Shown: piece by piece, positions 9,446 to 19,583 of the stretch | Layout of the letters: each line of letters opens with the position of its first letter | Position numbering within the stretch: the first letter of the stretch is position 1 | DNA from: Bacillota bacterium | GTDB taxonomy: Bacteria > Bacillota > Proteinivoracia > UBA4975 | DNA length: 64,000 nt | Assembly: GCA_050949165.1 (NCBI GenBank) | Contig: JBMNFF010000001.1 | Location: forward strand, 1,059,185-1,123,184 | Direction: 5' to 3' | Made by a program: the position numbers and the translations under genes | The notes under the pieces: model-generated | The model's input: the letters and a program-made list of their open reading frames with translations, nothing else | Databases searched by the model: none | What the model was told of the DNA's origin: nothing

Positions 9446-11950
9446 CTACTGCCCGCAGCAGCGCTTGTACTTCTTGCCACTGCCGCAGGGGCAGGGATCG
9501 TTGCGACCCACCTTTTTGGCGGCCTGCTTGGGCCCGTGGACTGCGGCGCCGCCGCTGGGCGGAGTGGGATTGGCCACTGCCACTGAACGGCGCACCGGCT
9601 GGCTGACCAGGCGCACCCGCATGATCAAGCGGGCCACTTCTTCTTGGATGCTCTCGGTCATATTGTTAAACATATCGTAGGCTTCGAACTTGTACTCCGT
9701 CAGGGGGTCCTTCTGACCGTAGGCCCTGAGGCCGATGCCCTGACGCAGGTCGTCCATGGCGTCCAGCTGCTCCATCCACTTCCTGTCCACGGTGCGCAGC
9801 ACCACCACCCGCTCCAATTCCCGCATGGCTTCGGAGCCGATGGTCTTCTCGCGGAACTCGTAGAGGGAACGAGCCCTGGCCTCCAGCCACTCCCGGATCT
9901 CGTCGTGGATTTTGCCCTCCAGGTCTTCCACCTTGACGCTGCCCGGGACCAGGACGCTGTTCTCGATATATTCTACCAGCCCCTTGAGGTCGTATTCCTC
10001 GGGGTACACTTCCTTGCTGGCCCAGGTATCCACCGCCCGGGCAATCACTTCGTCCATCATCTTGAGGATCTGCCCCTTGAGGTCTTCGCCCTCCAGGATC
10101 TGGCGGCGCTGCCGATAGATGATGTCCCTCTGTTGGTTGAGGACATCGTCATATTCCAGGACATGCTTGCGGATGTCAAAGTTGCGGGCCTCAACCCGCT
10201 TCTGGGCCGATTCGATGGCCCTGGAAAGCAGGGGATGGTCGATGGGCATAGAGTCGTCCATGCCCAGTTTTTCCAACATGCCCATGTAGCGCTCCGAGCC
10301 GAAGAGGCGCATGAGGTCGTCTTCCAGGGAGATGAAGAATTGAGACGAGCCGGGATCCCCTTGGCGCCCGGAACGCCCCCGGAGCTGGTTGTCGATTCTC
10401 CGGGCCTCATGGCGCTCGGTGCCCAGGATGTGCAGGCCGCCCAGGTCGGCAACCCCTTCCCCCAGGACGATGTCGGTGCCCCGACCCGCCATGTTGGTGG
10501 CGATGGTCACGGCGCCCCTCTGACCGGCCCCGGCCACGATTTCCGCCTCCCGCTCGTGATGCTTGGCGTTGAGGACGCTGTGGGGGACCCCCCGCCGCTT
10601 GAGCATGGCGCTGAGGAGCTCCGACCTCTCGATGGATATGGTCCCCACCAGCACCGGCTGCCCGGTACTGTGACGCCGGACAATCTCATCCACCACAGCC
10701 TTGAACTTGCCTGCCTCGCTGCGATAGACGGCGTCGGGCAAATCCTGGCGGATCATGGGCCGATTGGTGGGAATTACCACCACATCCATGCCGTAGATCT
10801 TGCGGAACTCGTCCTCTTCGGTCTTGGCCGTTCCCGTCATGCCGGCAAGCTTTTTATACATGCGGAAGTAATTTTGCAGGGTAATGCTGGCCAGGGTCTG
10901 GCTCTCCCGCTCTATCTTGACATTTTCCTTGGCCTCGATGGCCTGGTGCAAACCGTTGGAATAGCGGCGCCCAAACATCAGGCGACCGGTAAATTCGTCG
11001 ACGATGATGACCTGGCCATCCTTGACCACATAGTCCCGGTCCCGCTTCATCAGAACGTGGGCCCGCAGGGCCTGGTTGACATGGTGGGAAACTTCCATAT
11101 TTTCAGGGTCATACAGATTCTCGATATTCAAGGCCTGCTCGATTTTGGCCACGCCCTCTTCCGTCAGGGCGACGTTGCGGGCCTTTTCATCAACTATGTA
11201 GTCAACTTCATTGCGGAGCCTCGGCACCAGCCGGGCATAGCGGTAGTACTGGCTGGTATCCTGATCGACGGCGCCGGATATGATCAAGGGGGTCCGGGCC
11301 TCGTCGATGAGGATGCTGTCCACCTCGTCGACGATGGCAAAGTGCAGGGGCCGTTGCACCAGGTTTTCCTTGTACAGCACCATATTGTCCCGCAGGTAGT
11401 CAAAGCCGAATTCATTATTGGTGCCGTAGGTAATATCAGCCAGGTAGGACTGGCGGCGTTGGCCCGGGTCGAGGCCGTGAACAATCAGGCCCACATTCAA
11501 ACCCAGCAGTCTGTAAATCTTGCCCATCCATTCACTGTCCCGGCTGGCCAGATAATCGTTGACAGTGACGACGTGAACGCCCTTGCCCTCCAGGGCGTTG
11601 AGATATGTAGGCATGGTGGCCACCAGGGTCTTGCCTTCACCGGTCTTCATCTCGGCGATGCGGCCCTGGTGGAGGACAATGCCGCCCAGGACCTGGACAT
11701 CGTAGTGGCGCTGGCCCAAAGTCCGCTTGGCCCCTTCCCGGACCAGGGCATAGGCCTCCGGCAAGAGGGCGTCCAGCGTTTCTCCCCGGGCCAGGCGTTC
11801 TTTAAACTCCCCGGTCTTAACCGCCAGGCTGTCGGTATTCAGCTTCTCAAATTCGGGTTCCAGGGCGTTGACTTTCTCCACAATGCGCATCAGCGCCTTG
11901 ATTTCCCGGGCGTCATCCCCGGTCAGCAGCCCCTTGATGAACTTAAACAT
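9446..11950 (-). CDS. secA: preprotein translocase ATPase SecA
   Basis: 845-aa ORF with DEAD-like motor motifs and C-terminal zinc-binding [14 protein letters not shown]; start taken at MFKFIKG. Confidence 0.95.
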   Translation of the reverse strand: MFKFIKGLLTGDDAREIKALMRIVEKVNALEPEFEKLNTDSLAVKTGEFKERLARGETLDALLPEAYALVREGAKRTLGQRHYDVQVLGGIVLHQGRIAEMKTGEGKTLVATMPTYLNALEGKGVHVVTVNDYLASRDSEWMGKIYRLLGLNVGLIVHGLDPGQRRQSYLADITYGTNNEFGFDYLRDNMVLYKENLVQRPLHFAIVDEVDSILIDEARTPLIISGAVDQDTSQYYRYARLVPRLRNEVDYIVDEKARNVALTEEGVAKIEQALNIENLYDPENMEVSHHVNQALRAHVLMKRDRDYVVKDGQVIIVDEFTGRLMFGRRYSNGLHQAIEAKENVKIERESQTLASITLQNYFRMYKKLAGMTGTAKTEEDEFRKIYGMDVVVIPTNRPMIRQDLPDAVYRSEAGKFKAVVDEIVRRHSTGQPVLVGTISIERSELLSAMLKRRGVPHSVLNAKHHEREAEIVAGAGQRGAVTIATNMAGRGTDIVLGEGVADLGGLHILGTERHEARRIDNQLRGRSGRQGDPGSSQFFISLEDDLMRLFGSERYMGMLEKLGMDDSMPIDHPLLSRAIESAQKRVEARNFDIRKHVLEYDDVLNQQRDIIYRQRRQILEGEDLKGQILKMMDEVIARAVDTWASKEVYPEEYDLKGLVEYIENSVLVPGSVKVEDLEGKIHDEIREWLEARARSLYEFREKTIGSEAMRELERVVVLRTVDRKWMEQLDAMDDLRQGIGLRAYGQKDPLTEYKFEAYDMFNNMTESIQEEVARLIMRVRLVSQPVRRSVAVANPTPPSGGAAVHGPKQAAKKVGRNDPCPCGSGKKYKRCCGQ

Positions 11951-12076
11951 CCTTCCACCCCATTCACTCAATCCTGTCTCCATGGCTATTCTTCATTCTA
12001 TCATCAAGGCAAATAGGTGGCAACCTGACCCCGCTCATAGCAAAAGGAGGATGCGGTTATCGCTATCCTCCTCTTA

Positions 12077-12487
12077 TTATGCTCCCGAATGGGCTTTGAT
12101 GTGTGCGCCCAGGACTTTGTCTGAACGCCGGATGTGGTTGTTGAGCCAGCCCGCCAGTATCCGGTTGGTAATTACCACGATGTGCACCCCAGGTCCCTCC
12201 TGGGCAAAGCGCTCCTTGACCTCGGTCAGGTTAGCGATGAATTCCTGGTGTTGTCGGCGGTGGCTTTCCATTCCGGGAAATTGGTATTTCTGCATATAGT
12301 CTTCCTCGGTGCCGAAGTGCAGGCGGGCATAGCTGTCCAAGAATGACAGGACTTCGCCAACCGCTTGCGCTCCCCGGCCCTGGTGACATGCCTCGATCAG
12401 CATGTTGATTTGCCGGAACAACTCCATATGCTGGTTGTCGATTTCAGTTACGCCCACCGACAAATCTTCAGTCCACTCAATAGCCAT
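12077..12487 (-). CDS. hemerythrin-like metal-binding protein (bacteriohemerythrin)
   Basis: 136 aa from MAIEWTEDL with GAGGAGGG RBS; His/Glu/Asp hemerythrin motifs (IDNQHMELF, HFGTEEDYM, HRRQH). Confidence 0.8.
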   Translation of the reverse strand: MAIEWTEDLSVGVTEIDNQHMELFRQINMLIEACHQGRGAQAVGEVLSFLDSYARLHFGTEEDYMQKYQFPGMESHRRQHQEFIANLTEVKERFAQEGPGVHIVVITNRILAGWLNNHIRRSDKVLGAHIKAHSGA

Positions 12488-12498
12488 GTTATCCCTCC

Positions 12499-12795
12499 TC
12501 AAGTAAAAAGGCCGATCAGCAGATCGTCGACAATTACCAGGCCGACGCCGACCAGGGCCAGGACCGCGCCTTCTAAACCTACCTTGGCTGGGGAGCAACT
12601 GCGGCTGAACAGCCCCTCTGCGAAACGGGCCCCGATCAGGCCCAGGATGAACCCAGCCTTGAGCAAGTTGAAATTTCCCAGTGCGGAGGCAAGGACGGCG
12701 AAAACCCCGATGACGGCGGCGCCGGCCAGGAGAGAGAGCATGAACCCCCTGGGGGAACAACGGGAAAACTCCTTAAACAAATCAAACCCTCCCAT
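12499..12795 (-). CDS. small hydrophobic membrane protein, unknown function
   Basis: 98-aa ORF with two to three hydrophobic helices immediately upstream of hemerythrin. Confidence 0.4.
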   Translation of the reverse strand: MGGFDLFKEFSRCSPRGFMLSLLAGAAVIGVFAVLASALGNFNLLKAGFILGLIGARFAEGLFSRSCSPAKVGLEGAVLALVGVGLVIVDDLLIGLFT

Positions 12796-13003
12796 ACTTA
12801 TCCTTTGGAGCAGACCTTACCCCGGTACGGGGCAAAGGTCTGTCCGCAGATTCCGCGATTGCTGAGTACTGGGCGGGGACTGGTACATGTGGGACATATG
12901 AGCTGCATGGAAAACATGTTGACGTTTATCGACTGTAGCGGAACCACAATAACTATACCATAATTTTCCGCATTTGCCCCCTTGTTGCCAAAAACTAAGC
13001 TTC

Positions 13004-13020
13004 CTGTAACAGTGTTACAG
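13004..13020. promoter_or_regulatory. perfect 8-1-8 palindrome CTGTAACA-G-TGTTACAG, candidate operator
   Basis: located in intergenic region upstream of the membrane-protein/hemerythrin genes. Confidence 0.35.
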
Positions 13021-13039
13021 CATTGGCAGGCCCAATCGG

Positions 13040-13624
13040 CTAATCTTCATCCCGCAGCAGGCGCTCCGCCTCGGCCAATTCTTCCAGGCTGTTGACATTA
13101 AAGAAGCTCTTCCCCAGTGGATCCCGGGCGGCAATCTGGACCTGGTCCACCACGGCAGGCTCCAGGCGGTCCAGCAAGCGGGCCAGGTGATAGCGCCTTT
13201 CGGCAAACATTTCTTCGATAACCCCGGCGGCCCAGCGGGGATACAGGCCCGGCAGAGGTTGCAGGCGCCCCCAGCGGGCCACGGCTCCGCCCCGGTTTTT
13301 GGCGGCCCACAGCAATTCCACCACTTCCCGGCAGATAAAGGGCATATCGCAGGCGCAGACCAGGACCCAGGGAGAGGAACTGGCCAGGAGGCCGGCATAG
13401 ATGCCCAGGAGAGAGCTGGGTTCATGGCCGGGGGGGTCTGGTATGTACCGAGCCTGCACCCAGGGGCGGGCTTGTCCCGCCACCAGGATGCGCCGGCCAC
13501 CCCAGGCGCCGGCATTGGTCAAGGCATGCTCCAGCAAGGTCTTGCCCGCGAGCTTTATGCCGGCCTTGTCCCTGCCCATGCGCCGGGAGCGGCCACCCGC
13601 CAGAATCACAATGTCAAAATTCAT
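13040..13624 (-). CDS. mobA: molybdenum cofactor guanylyltransferase
   Basis: MNFDIVILAGGRSRRMG N-terminus typical of MobA; start at 13624. Confidence 0.8.
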   Translation of the reverse strand: MNFDIVILAGGRSRRMGRDKAGIKLAGKTLLEHALTNAGAWGGRRILVAGQARPWVQARYIPDPPGHEPSSLLGIYAGLLASSSPWVLVCACDMPFICREVVELLWAAKNRGGAVARWGRLQPLPGLYPRWAAGVIEEMFAERRYHLARLLDRLEPAVVDQVQIAARDPLGKSFFNVNSLEELAEAERLLRDED

Positions 13625-13670
13625 GGAATCACCGCCTTGCCTTGCGCCCCTGCCGCAGGAGCGTCCCAAT

Positions 13671-13859
13671 TTACTCCTGGGGGATTATCAGCGCGGCAAT
13701 AATGTACACCAGAATACCGCTGAAGGCGGTGAATACTGTCAGCAGGACGTAGCCCAGGCGAACCAAAGAGGGGTCCAGACCAAAATAATCAGCCAGGCCG
13801 GCGCACACTCCGGCCAGCATGACATTGCTCCGGGAGCGATACAGGCGCTTTTCAGCCAC
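13671..13859 (-). CDS. PspC-domain membrane protein
   Basis: 62 aa; MLAGVCAGLADYFG PspC signature plus one TM helix. Confidence 0.6.
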   Translation of the reverse strand: MAEKRLYRSRSNVMLAGVCAGLADYFGLDPSLVRLGYVLLTVFTAFSGILVYIIAALIIPQE

Positions 13860-13880
13860 AGGGACAACCTCCTTTGCAAC

Positions 13881-15236
13881 TTATTCCCACTTTCTTCCCA
13901 ACTGCTCTTGAATTTCAATCTTGGCGTCCCTGATCAGAGACTGGGTGCCGACGATGACCACGGCGCCATCCTCCCCGGCACTCTCTACTGCCCGGGGCAG
14001 GGCAGACCCCATGCTATCGGCCACCCCGCTCTGGGAATTGTACTTATTGGCCTCGGCCAGCACGGCATCATCCCCGGGAAAGACCAGGTGCTTGTTGTTG
14101 GCCCGGGTCAGAATCAAGGAACTGGCCAGGGGCGCCAGGGTGCCGATAACGCCCCGCCAATCTTTGTCGGCCGGCACCCCGATTATCATATGCAAGGGCT
14201 TGCCGGTTTGCTGCAGCAATTCCCGCAGGTAACCTGCAGATTGAGCGTTGATGGCCCCGTCCAGGATGATCAGGGGGTCCCCCGGCAGCAGCTCACAGCG
14301 CCCCGGCCAGCGCACGGTGTCCAGACCGGCCTGGAGGAGCTCGTCGCTGCTGTCCGGGACGATCTCCTCGGCCAGGGCCAGGGCCACCCCCGCATTATAG
14401 GCCTGAAACGCCCCGGGCAGCGGCACGGTGAAGATGCCCTGCCGGCGCTGGGACCGGTAGCTGAACTTGCTGCCAGCCAGCCCCGTCTCCAGGACTTCCA
14501 CCTGAAAATCTTCGCCGGCCAATTTCAGGGGCACGCCAAAGCGCCGGCACATGGACTTGAGCAGGTCCACCACTTCCGGGGCCTGGTCATAGCTGACGCA
14601 CAGTTCCTGACCGGATTTGATGACGGCCATTTTATTGGCGGCGATGTCCAGCAGGGTAGGGCCCAAATTGCCCGGATGCTCCAGCATGATGGGGGTCAGG
14701 ACCGACCAGCGGTTGGCCATGACATTGACGTCGTCGGCCAGGGCGCCCCGCCCGCATTCCAGGACGTGAAAATCCGTGCCCTGCTCCCGGAACCACAAGA
14801 GGGCCACCGCCAGCACGGTGCCCACCGGCCCCATATAGTGGTCGGGAGGCATGGACCCGGTAATCTGTTCCACCTGGGGGCGGACCAGCTCGATGAGGCG
14901 GACCAGGTCCGGTTCGGGAATCTTATCCCCGTTGACGCGGATTCTTTCACAGAAGTCCACCAGATGGGGACCGGTGAAGAGGCCGACCCGGCGTCCCGCC
15001 GCCTGGAGCAACCGGGCCAGCATGACGCTGGTGGAGCCCTTGCCCTTGCTGCCGGCGATCAAAACCGACGGGGGCTGACTTCGGCTTAAACCCAGCTCCT
15101 CCAGGAGTTGGCGGCAGTATTCGGGATGCCTTTTGTGAACGTCCAATAAGTTGGGATCTATATGGGGTTGAGCTCTCACATACGACTGATAGATAAATTT
15201 AATTGCCTGGTACGAGTCCAACTGACTACCCCCCAA
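13881..15236 (-). CDS. folC: folylpolyglutamate synthase/dihydrofolate synthase family (Mur ligase fold)
   Basis: AGSKGKGST P-loop and DGAIN motif; start codon uncertain (no ATG near N-terminus, TTG at 15236 lacks clear RBS). Confidence 0.7.
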   Translation of the reverse strand: MGGSQLDSYQAIKFIYQSYVRAQPHIDPNLLDVHKRHPEYCRQLLEELGLSRSQPPSVLIAGSKGKGSTSVMLARLLQAAGRRVGLFTGPHLVDFCERIRVNGDKIPEPDLVRLIELVRPQVEQITGSMPPDHYMGPVGTVLAVALLWFREQGTDFHVLECGRGALADDVNVMANRWSVLTPIMLEHPGNLGPTLLDIAANKMAVIKSGQELCVSYDQAPEVVDLLKSMCRRFGVPLKLAGEDFQVEVLETGLAGSKFSYRSQRRQGIFTVPLPGAFQAYNAGVALALAEEIVPDSSDELLQAGLDTVRWPGRCELLPGDPLIILDGAINAQSAGYLRELLQQTGKPLHMIIGVPADKDWRGVIGTLAPLASSLILTRANNKHLVFPGDDAVLAEANKYNSQSGVADSMGSALPRAVESAGEDGAVVIVGTQSLIRDAKIEIQEQLGRKWE

Positions 15237-15349
15237 ACTGGAAGTCTGAGCCCGGAGTCACAAACTTCTCAATAGAATTCTCGGAACATCTGTCCTTTGC
15301 CTCAATGATAAAACAAAAGGGCCGGTAATACCAGCCCTTTGGCATGATT

Positions 15350-15874
15350 TCAAACCTGCGGCTCGATCAGGCCGTAGTTGCCGTCCTTGCGCCGGTAGAC
15401 GACATTGGCCTGGTTGGACTCGGCATTGGTAAACACGAAGAAGTCGTGTCCCAGCAGGTTCATCTGCAGCACTGCCTCGTCGGGAAGCATGGGCTTGATG
15501 GCAAAGCGCTTGGTCTTGACAATCCTCGGTTCGTCTTCATCCCAGATTCTGCCGTCTTCACCGGCAGCCAAGCCGGTTTGCCTAGCTTTGCGGTTGATTC
15601 TGGTCTTGTATTTGCGGATTTGGCGCTCCAGTTTCTCCACCACCAGGTCGATGGAGGCATACATGTCCGCCGATTCCTCTTCTGCCCTGATCAGCATTCC
15701 GCCATTGAGCAAGAGCATCGCCTCTACCACGTGGGATTCCTTGACCACACTGAGGGTGACCTGAGCTTCGGTGTTGGCATCAAAGTACTTGGCTATCTTC
15801 CCTATTTTCTTTTCCACATGAGCCCTGAGCGCGTCTGTTATTTCGATATTCTTACCCCGAGTAGTAATCCGCAT
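15350..15874 (-). CDS. hpf: ribosome hibernation-promoting factor (long form)
   Basis: MRITTRGKNIEITDALR start with AAAGGAG RBS; HPF N-domain plus C-terminal dimerisation domain. Confidence 0.9.
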   Translation of the reverse strand: MRITTRGKNIEITDALRAHVEKKIGKIAKYFDANTEAQVTLSVVKESHVVEAMLLLNGGMLIRAEEESADMYASIDLVVEKLERQIRKYKTRINRKARQTGLAAGEDGRIWDEDEPRIVKTKRFAIKPMLPDEAVLQMNLLGHDFFVFTNAESNQANVVYRRKDGNYGLIEPQV

Positions 15875-15973
15875 ACAACCAACTCCTTTCAGTGCTGTAC
15901 TATATTTATTCCCCAAATCCCCATGAAATCCTGCCAGTAAAAACTAAAATCCCGCCGAAGCGGGATGGTTAGT

Positions 15974-16171
15974 CTACAGTTTTACAACGTTTGCAGCTTG
16001 CAGGCCCTTGTCACTGTCCACCAAATCAAATTCGACAACGTCGCCTTCGTCAAGGGTTCTGTAACCTTCGCCTTGAATGGCGCTGTAGTGTACAAACACG
16101 TCGTCGCCATCCTCGCGCTGAATGAAACCCCAACCCTTTTTCTGATTAAACCACTTGACCTTTCCTTGCAC
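15974..16171 (-). CDS. cold-shock protein, CspA family
   Basis: 65 aa, GKVKWFN and GFGFI-like RNP motifs; GTG start with GGAGGT RBS. Confidence 0.9.
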   Translation of the reverse strand: MQGKVKWFNQKKGWGFIQREDGDDVFVHYSAIQGEGYRTLDEGDVVEFDLVDSDKGLQAANVVKL

Positions 16172-16482
16172 TAAAACTTACCTCCAAAAATGATGTAGCT
16201 TGTAAAGCTCGATTCATCCTACCATAGTAAAAAGGCCAATGTCAATTTTACCGAAAAAACTGTCAATGAAGTCCGACAGCTGACCTGGTCTTTGCCCCCA
16301 CACTCGCCTGCTGGAGGGTTCGCGCTAACTACTGCCTCTCTCGGTTTTCCCGGCAGGACTTACTTCTAAGCCGCACCATGCTCGGCAGTTGGTTTTTTTT
16401 GCTGCCTTACGTGGGTCGTTTCGCCTGCGACTGGCCTCGACTTTCAACCACAGACCTGTCAGACATCATTAGAGTAACGTAT

Positions 16483-16734
16483 TCTGACCAAAATTGCAAA
16501 AGCAATTTTGGTCAGAATTGGGGACGGTCCTCAGCCCATTACCCCTTCCCACGGCAGGAGGCCCGTCCCATAAATTGCAAAAGCAATTTTGGTCAGAATT
16601 GGGGACGGTCCTCAGCCCATTACCCCTTCCCACGGCAGGAGGCCCGTCCCATAAATTGCAAAAGCAATTTTGGTCAGAATTAGGGACGGTCCTCAGCCCA
16701 TTACCCCTTCCCGCGGCAGGAGGCCCGCTCCCAT
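16483..16734. repeat. three tandem copies of an 81-bp unit, each containing a palindromic spacer and a GGGGACGG..CCGTCCC inverted repeat
   Basis: units at 16491-16571, 16572-16652, 16653-16733 (third copy with 3-4 substitutions); 34-bp palindrome TCTGACCAAAATTGC-AAAA-GCAATTTTGGTCAGA at 16483-16516. Confidence 0.9.
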
Positions 16735-16739
16735 CTCCA

Positions 16740-17390
16740 TCAGGCCGCCAGGGTCAGCACCAACACCCTCCTGGCCCCGGCTCTGATGAGGGCGCCGGCG
16801 CAGGCGTCGGCGGTAGCGCCGGTGGTAAAGACATCGTCCACCAGCCAGATATTTCCCGTCAGGTCTTGTCGGCGGGCATGGATATAATCCTCCAGACCCT
16901 GAAGGCGCTGGTGCCCGCTCAGAAATACCTGGGGCTGCCTGCCCGGCCGCCGGGCCAGAGCCCGGACCAGCGGTGCGCCGACATTCCTGGCCAGTTCCCG
17001 GGCCGTTAAGCCCACGGCGTCAAAATAGCGCCAGTGCTTCCCCGCCGCCGGCGCCGGCGTCACGGCCTGGGGCTTGGGAAAGCCGGCTTCCCCGGCCAGC
17101 CTGGCCAACTCCCGGGCCAGCTCCATCGTTACCCTCCGGTCCCGGGCAAACTTGGCGGCCTGGACCACCTTGCGCCAGGGCCCCAGATAATGGGCCAGGG
17201 AGAGCACCCGGCTATATCTGTGATCCAGGGGGGCGCAGGTGCGCCCCCCGCAGATTCGCCCACAGCGAATACAACCCCTGAGCCCGGTAAACTCCACCTG
17301 GGCCAGACATTGGGAGCAGAGGCCGAACTTCTCCCGGACATTCCGGCGACAATTCAAGCAGAGTGGCGGAAACAGGGCGTCCATCGCCAT
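16740..17390 (-). CDS. comFC: ComF-family protein (phosphoribosyltransferase domain, ComFC-like)
   Basis: N-terminal Cys-rich zinc finger (CLNC...CSQC...CIRCGR) and C-terminal PRTase motif VDDVFTTGAT. Confidence 0.7.
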   Translation of the reverse strand: MAMDALFPPLCLNCRRNVREKFGLCSQCLAQVEFTGLRGCIRCGRICGGRTCAPLDHRYSRVLSLAHYLGPWRKVVQAAKFARDRRVTMELARELARLAGEAGFPKPQAVTPAPAAGKHWRYFDAVGLTARELARNVGAPLVRALARRPGRQPQVFLSGHQRLQGLEDYIHARRQDLTGNIWLVDDVFTTGATADACAGALIRAGARRVLVLTLAA

Positions 17391-17457
17391 CACCCTTCCA
17401 CCTGATCTTTCGGAGGTAATTCTCCACCCGCCGCCGTCAATCCTGCCCCTGGCCAAA

Positions 17458-18330
17458 CTATTCCAGGTAGTCGGAAATCAGGACAAATTCATAGCCCCGG
17501 GCCCTGGCCTCATCGATAAATCGGGGCAGCACCTCCAGGGTAACCTGGGGACCGTCGTGAAAGAGGACGATGCACCCGGGCTTGAGCCCCGAGAGGGCCC
17601 TGTTCAGGACGATTTCCGGATCATCGTACTGCCAGTCCCGGGTGTCCACATTCCAGAGGACCAGCCGATAGCCCAGGGTCTCGGACACCTGGCGGACCTC
17701 TTCATTCCACTCGCCATAGGGTGGCCGCAGATAGGGCTGGGCCACCGCACCTGTGGCTGCCAAGGCCTGGGCGCTGTCGTCCACTTGGGCGATAATCTCC
17801 TCCCGCCCCAGCCCGGTGAGGTGGGGATGAGACCAAGTGTGGTTGGCAATCTCACAACCGGCCTCGACGATGGCCCGGACCAAGGCCGGCCGCTTTTGGG
17901 CATGGGAGCCCAGGAGAAAAAATGTAGCCGGCGCTTCCTTCTCCTCCAGGATGGCCAGCAACTTCCCCAGGGTGGACCTGGGACCATCGTCAAAGGTCAG
18001 GGCAATTACTTTGTCGTCGGTGGGCAGACTGCGGAAGACAACACTCCCCTCCCCGGTCCCTTGACCTTCTGCCTTCGCCTCTTCCTGCATTCCCTCGGCC
18101 GCGGGCAGCCGCCGGGGAGCGGGGATCCTCTCGTGATTCCACTGGGGATGCAAGATCACCATCACATCCCGAAGGCCGGGGGCGGTGCTTTTGGCAGCGG
18201 GCAGAGGTTGTCCGTCGGCCTTGACGGCCCTGCTCTCCATGGCAGCAAGGCCATGGGGATACAATAGCAGACAGACCAAGGCGATATTTGCCAGGAAGAA
18301 ACCCAAGTTAATCAGGAAATTTCTACCCAT
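17458..18330 (-). CDS. polysaccharide deacetylase family protein (NodB domain)
   Basis: TFDDGP and HTWSHP NodB motifs; start MGRNFL with AAAAGGGGGG RBS; N-terminal signal anchor. Confidence 0.8.
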   Translation of the reverse strand: MGRNFLINLGFFLANIALVCLLLYPHGLAAMESRAVKADGQPLPAAKSTAPGLRDVMVILHPQWNHERIPAPRRLPAAEGMQEEAKAEGQGTGEGSVVFRSLPTDDKVIALTFDDGPRSTLGKLLAILEEKEAPATFFLLGSHAQKRPALVRAIVEAGCEIANHTWSHPHLTGLGREEIIAQVDDSAQALAATGAVAQPYLRPPYGEWNEEVRQVSETLGYRLVLWNVDTRDWQYDDPEIVLNRALSGLKPGCIVLFHDGPQVTLEVLPRFIDEARARGYEFVLISDYLE

Positions 18331-18388
18331 AGTACAGCCCCCCTTTTCCATACAATTTATGTGACAGGGGGGCACGGTATGAAAGATA

Positions 18389-18922
18389 TTACTCTTGGGC
18401 CAGGACGGCCCGGATCAAGTCGAGCATTTGGCGCAAGCTTGGATTCCCCTGCCGGGACAGCATCCCTCCGCGCTCCAGCTCCCGCAGGACCAGTTGAGCC
18501 CGGAGCAGGCGATTGCGCAGGCTGGCCACCGAGAGGGCGCATTCCACCACATTGCCTCCCTCTAATTCCACTCTGCTACCCTTGCCCTGGGGGTGAACAG
18601 CCCGGACAGCCAGCAAATTTAGATAACCCGTCCTCTCTCCGCATTTTCCCAGGGCCAGGGGAACCAGAACCATTTCTGAACTCAGGGGAAGGGGCAGGTA
18701 GTTGCGGCCATGGAGCAACCTGCTGCACCGCTGGCGCAGGGCCACCAGGTCCACTGCATAGTGCCGGGCCATGGCTTCCAAAATGGCCCGGTTGCGCCGG
18801 GGGTCGTACACGCGCTTTCCATCCAGCAGGAACAGCTCGCTGACCCGCCCCTGACCCTCCAGGCAGACAGAACGCATGGCGGTTAAGTTGGCGGCAAATA
18901 CAGGTGTGGGTATTTTCTGCAA
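18389..18922 (-). CDS. hypothetical protein
   Basis: 177-aa ORF, TTG start with AAGGAGGG RBS; no motif recognised by eye. Confidence 0.4.
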   Translation of the reverse strand: MQKIPTPVFAANLTAMRSVCLEGQGRVSELFLLDGKRVYDPRRNRAILEAMARHYAVDLVALRQRCSRLLHGRNYLPLPLSSEMVLVPLALGKCGERTGYLNLLAVRAVHPQGKGSRVELEGGNVVECALSVASLRNRLLRAQLVLRELERGGMLSRQGNPSLRQMLDLIRAVLAQE

Positions 18923-19066
18923 GCACTGAACCCTCCTTGCGAATTCCCCCTGCTACAGTATATGGCCGGCCCGGGACATGTTTCTGTGCCAGACTCCCGC
19001 CGGACAAAAGGGCTAGGCAGACATAAAGGGAGCGGGGATTCCTCCCCGCCCCAAAGCTTTGGCCGC

Positions 19067-19306
19067 CTAAAACTCGATAATCGCATCCTCGTCCCTGGAG
19101 ACCACCACCGCCCTGACCTTGCTGACCAGGCCGCCGCCGGAAGTAATCACCACATCGGCAGCCAGGATCTGGTCCATGGCCTGCTCTACTGCCTGGGGGT
19201 CCAGTTCATCCAGGGGATCCGGGATGTTCAAGCTCACCCTGTTCCCCGCCAGGTTCAAAAACACCAATTGCAGGGTTTTGTTCACATGCATCACCTCCCT
19301 CGCCAA
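19067..19306 (-). CDS. small conserved protein (DUF2922-like)
   Basis: 79-aa ORF directly downstream of a DUF1659-like ORF and a sigma factor; family call tentative. Confidence 0.35.
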   Translation of the reverse strand: MAREVMHVNKTLQLVFLNLAGNRVSLNIPDPLDELDPQAVEQAMDQILAADVVITSGGGLVSKVRAVVVSRDEDAIIEF

Positions 19307-19318
19307 AATCTCCCGGCC

Positions 19319-19552
19319 CTAGGCCTGGGCGAGCACGGAATTGTCTATCCGGCGCACCTCTGCCACCGGATATTTCTGCAGGCCGGAAATGGCAGCGGCA
19401 ACCGCCCACAGGGCCTCGTCGCTGCCGTCGGACTTGACATTGGCCAGGGTCCGGGTGCTGTAAATCGGCTGATCCTGTTCGTCCACCCCTACCTGGTAGC
19501 GAACAGACAGGCGCGAGTTAAGCGCAACTCTCTCCACAGGCATACCTGTCAC
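19319..19552 (-). CDS. small conserved protein (DUF1659-like)
   Basis: 77-aa ORF in operon position after sigma factor gene; family call tentative. Confidence 0.35.
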   Translation of the reverse strand: MTGMPVERVALNSRLSVRYQVGVDEQDQPIYSTRTLANVKSDGSDEALWAVAAAISGLQKYPVAEVRRIDNSVLAQA

Positions 19553-19583
19553 CTCCCTTCACTTTACCAGGTGCCGGGAGGGT

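Noticed and set aside
16483-16734. Possible CRISPR array (regular repeats with palindromic cores)
   Set aside because: The whole 81-bp unit repeats, including what would be spacers; there are no unique spacers and no cas genes in the window
16483-16734. Integron attC array
   Set aside because: No cassette ORFs between the palindromes and no integrase nearby
16378-17009. Two overlapping plus-strand ORFs translating the tandem repeats as repeated peptide units
   Set aside because: Open frames are a by-product of the 81-bp periodicity (multiple of 3); no RBS or start context, and they overlap comF on the other strand
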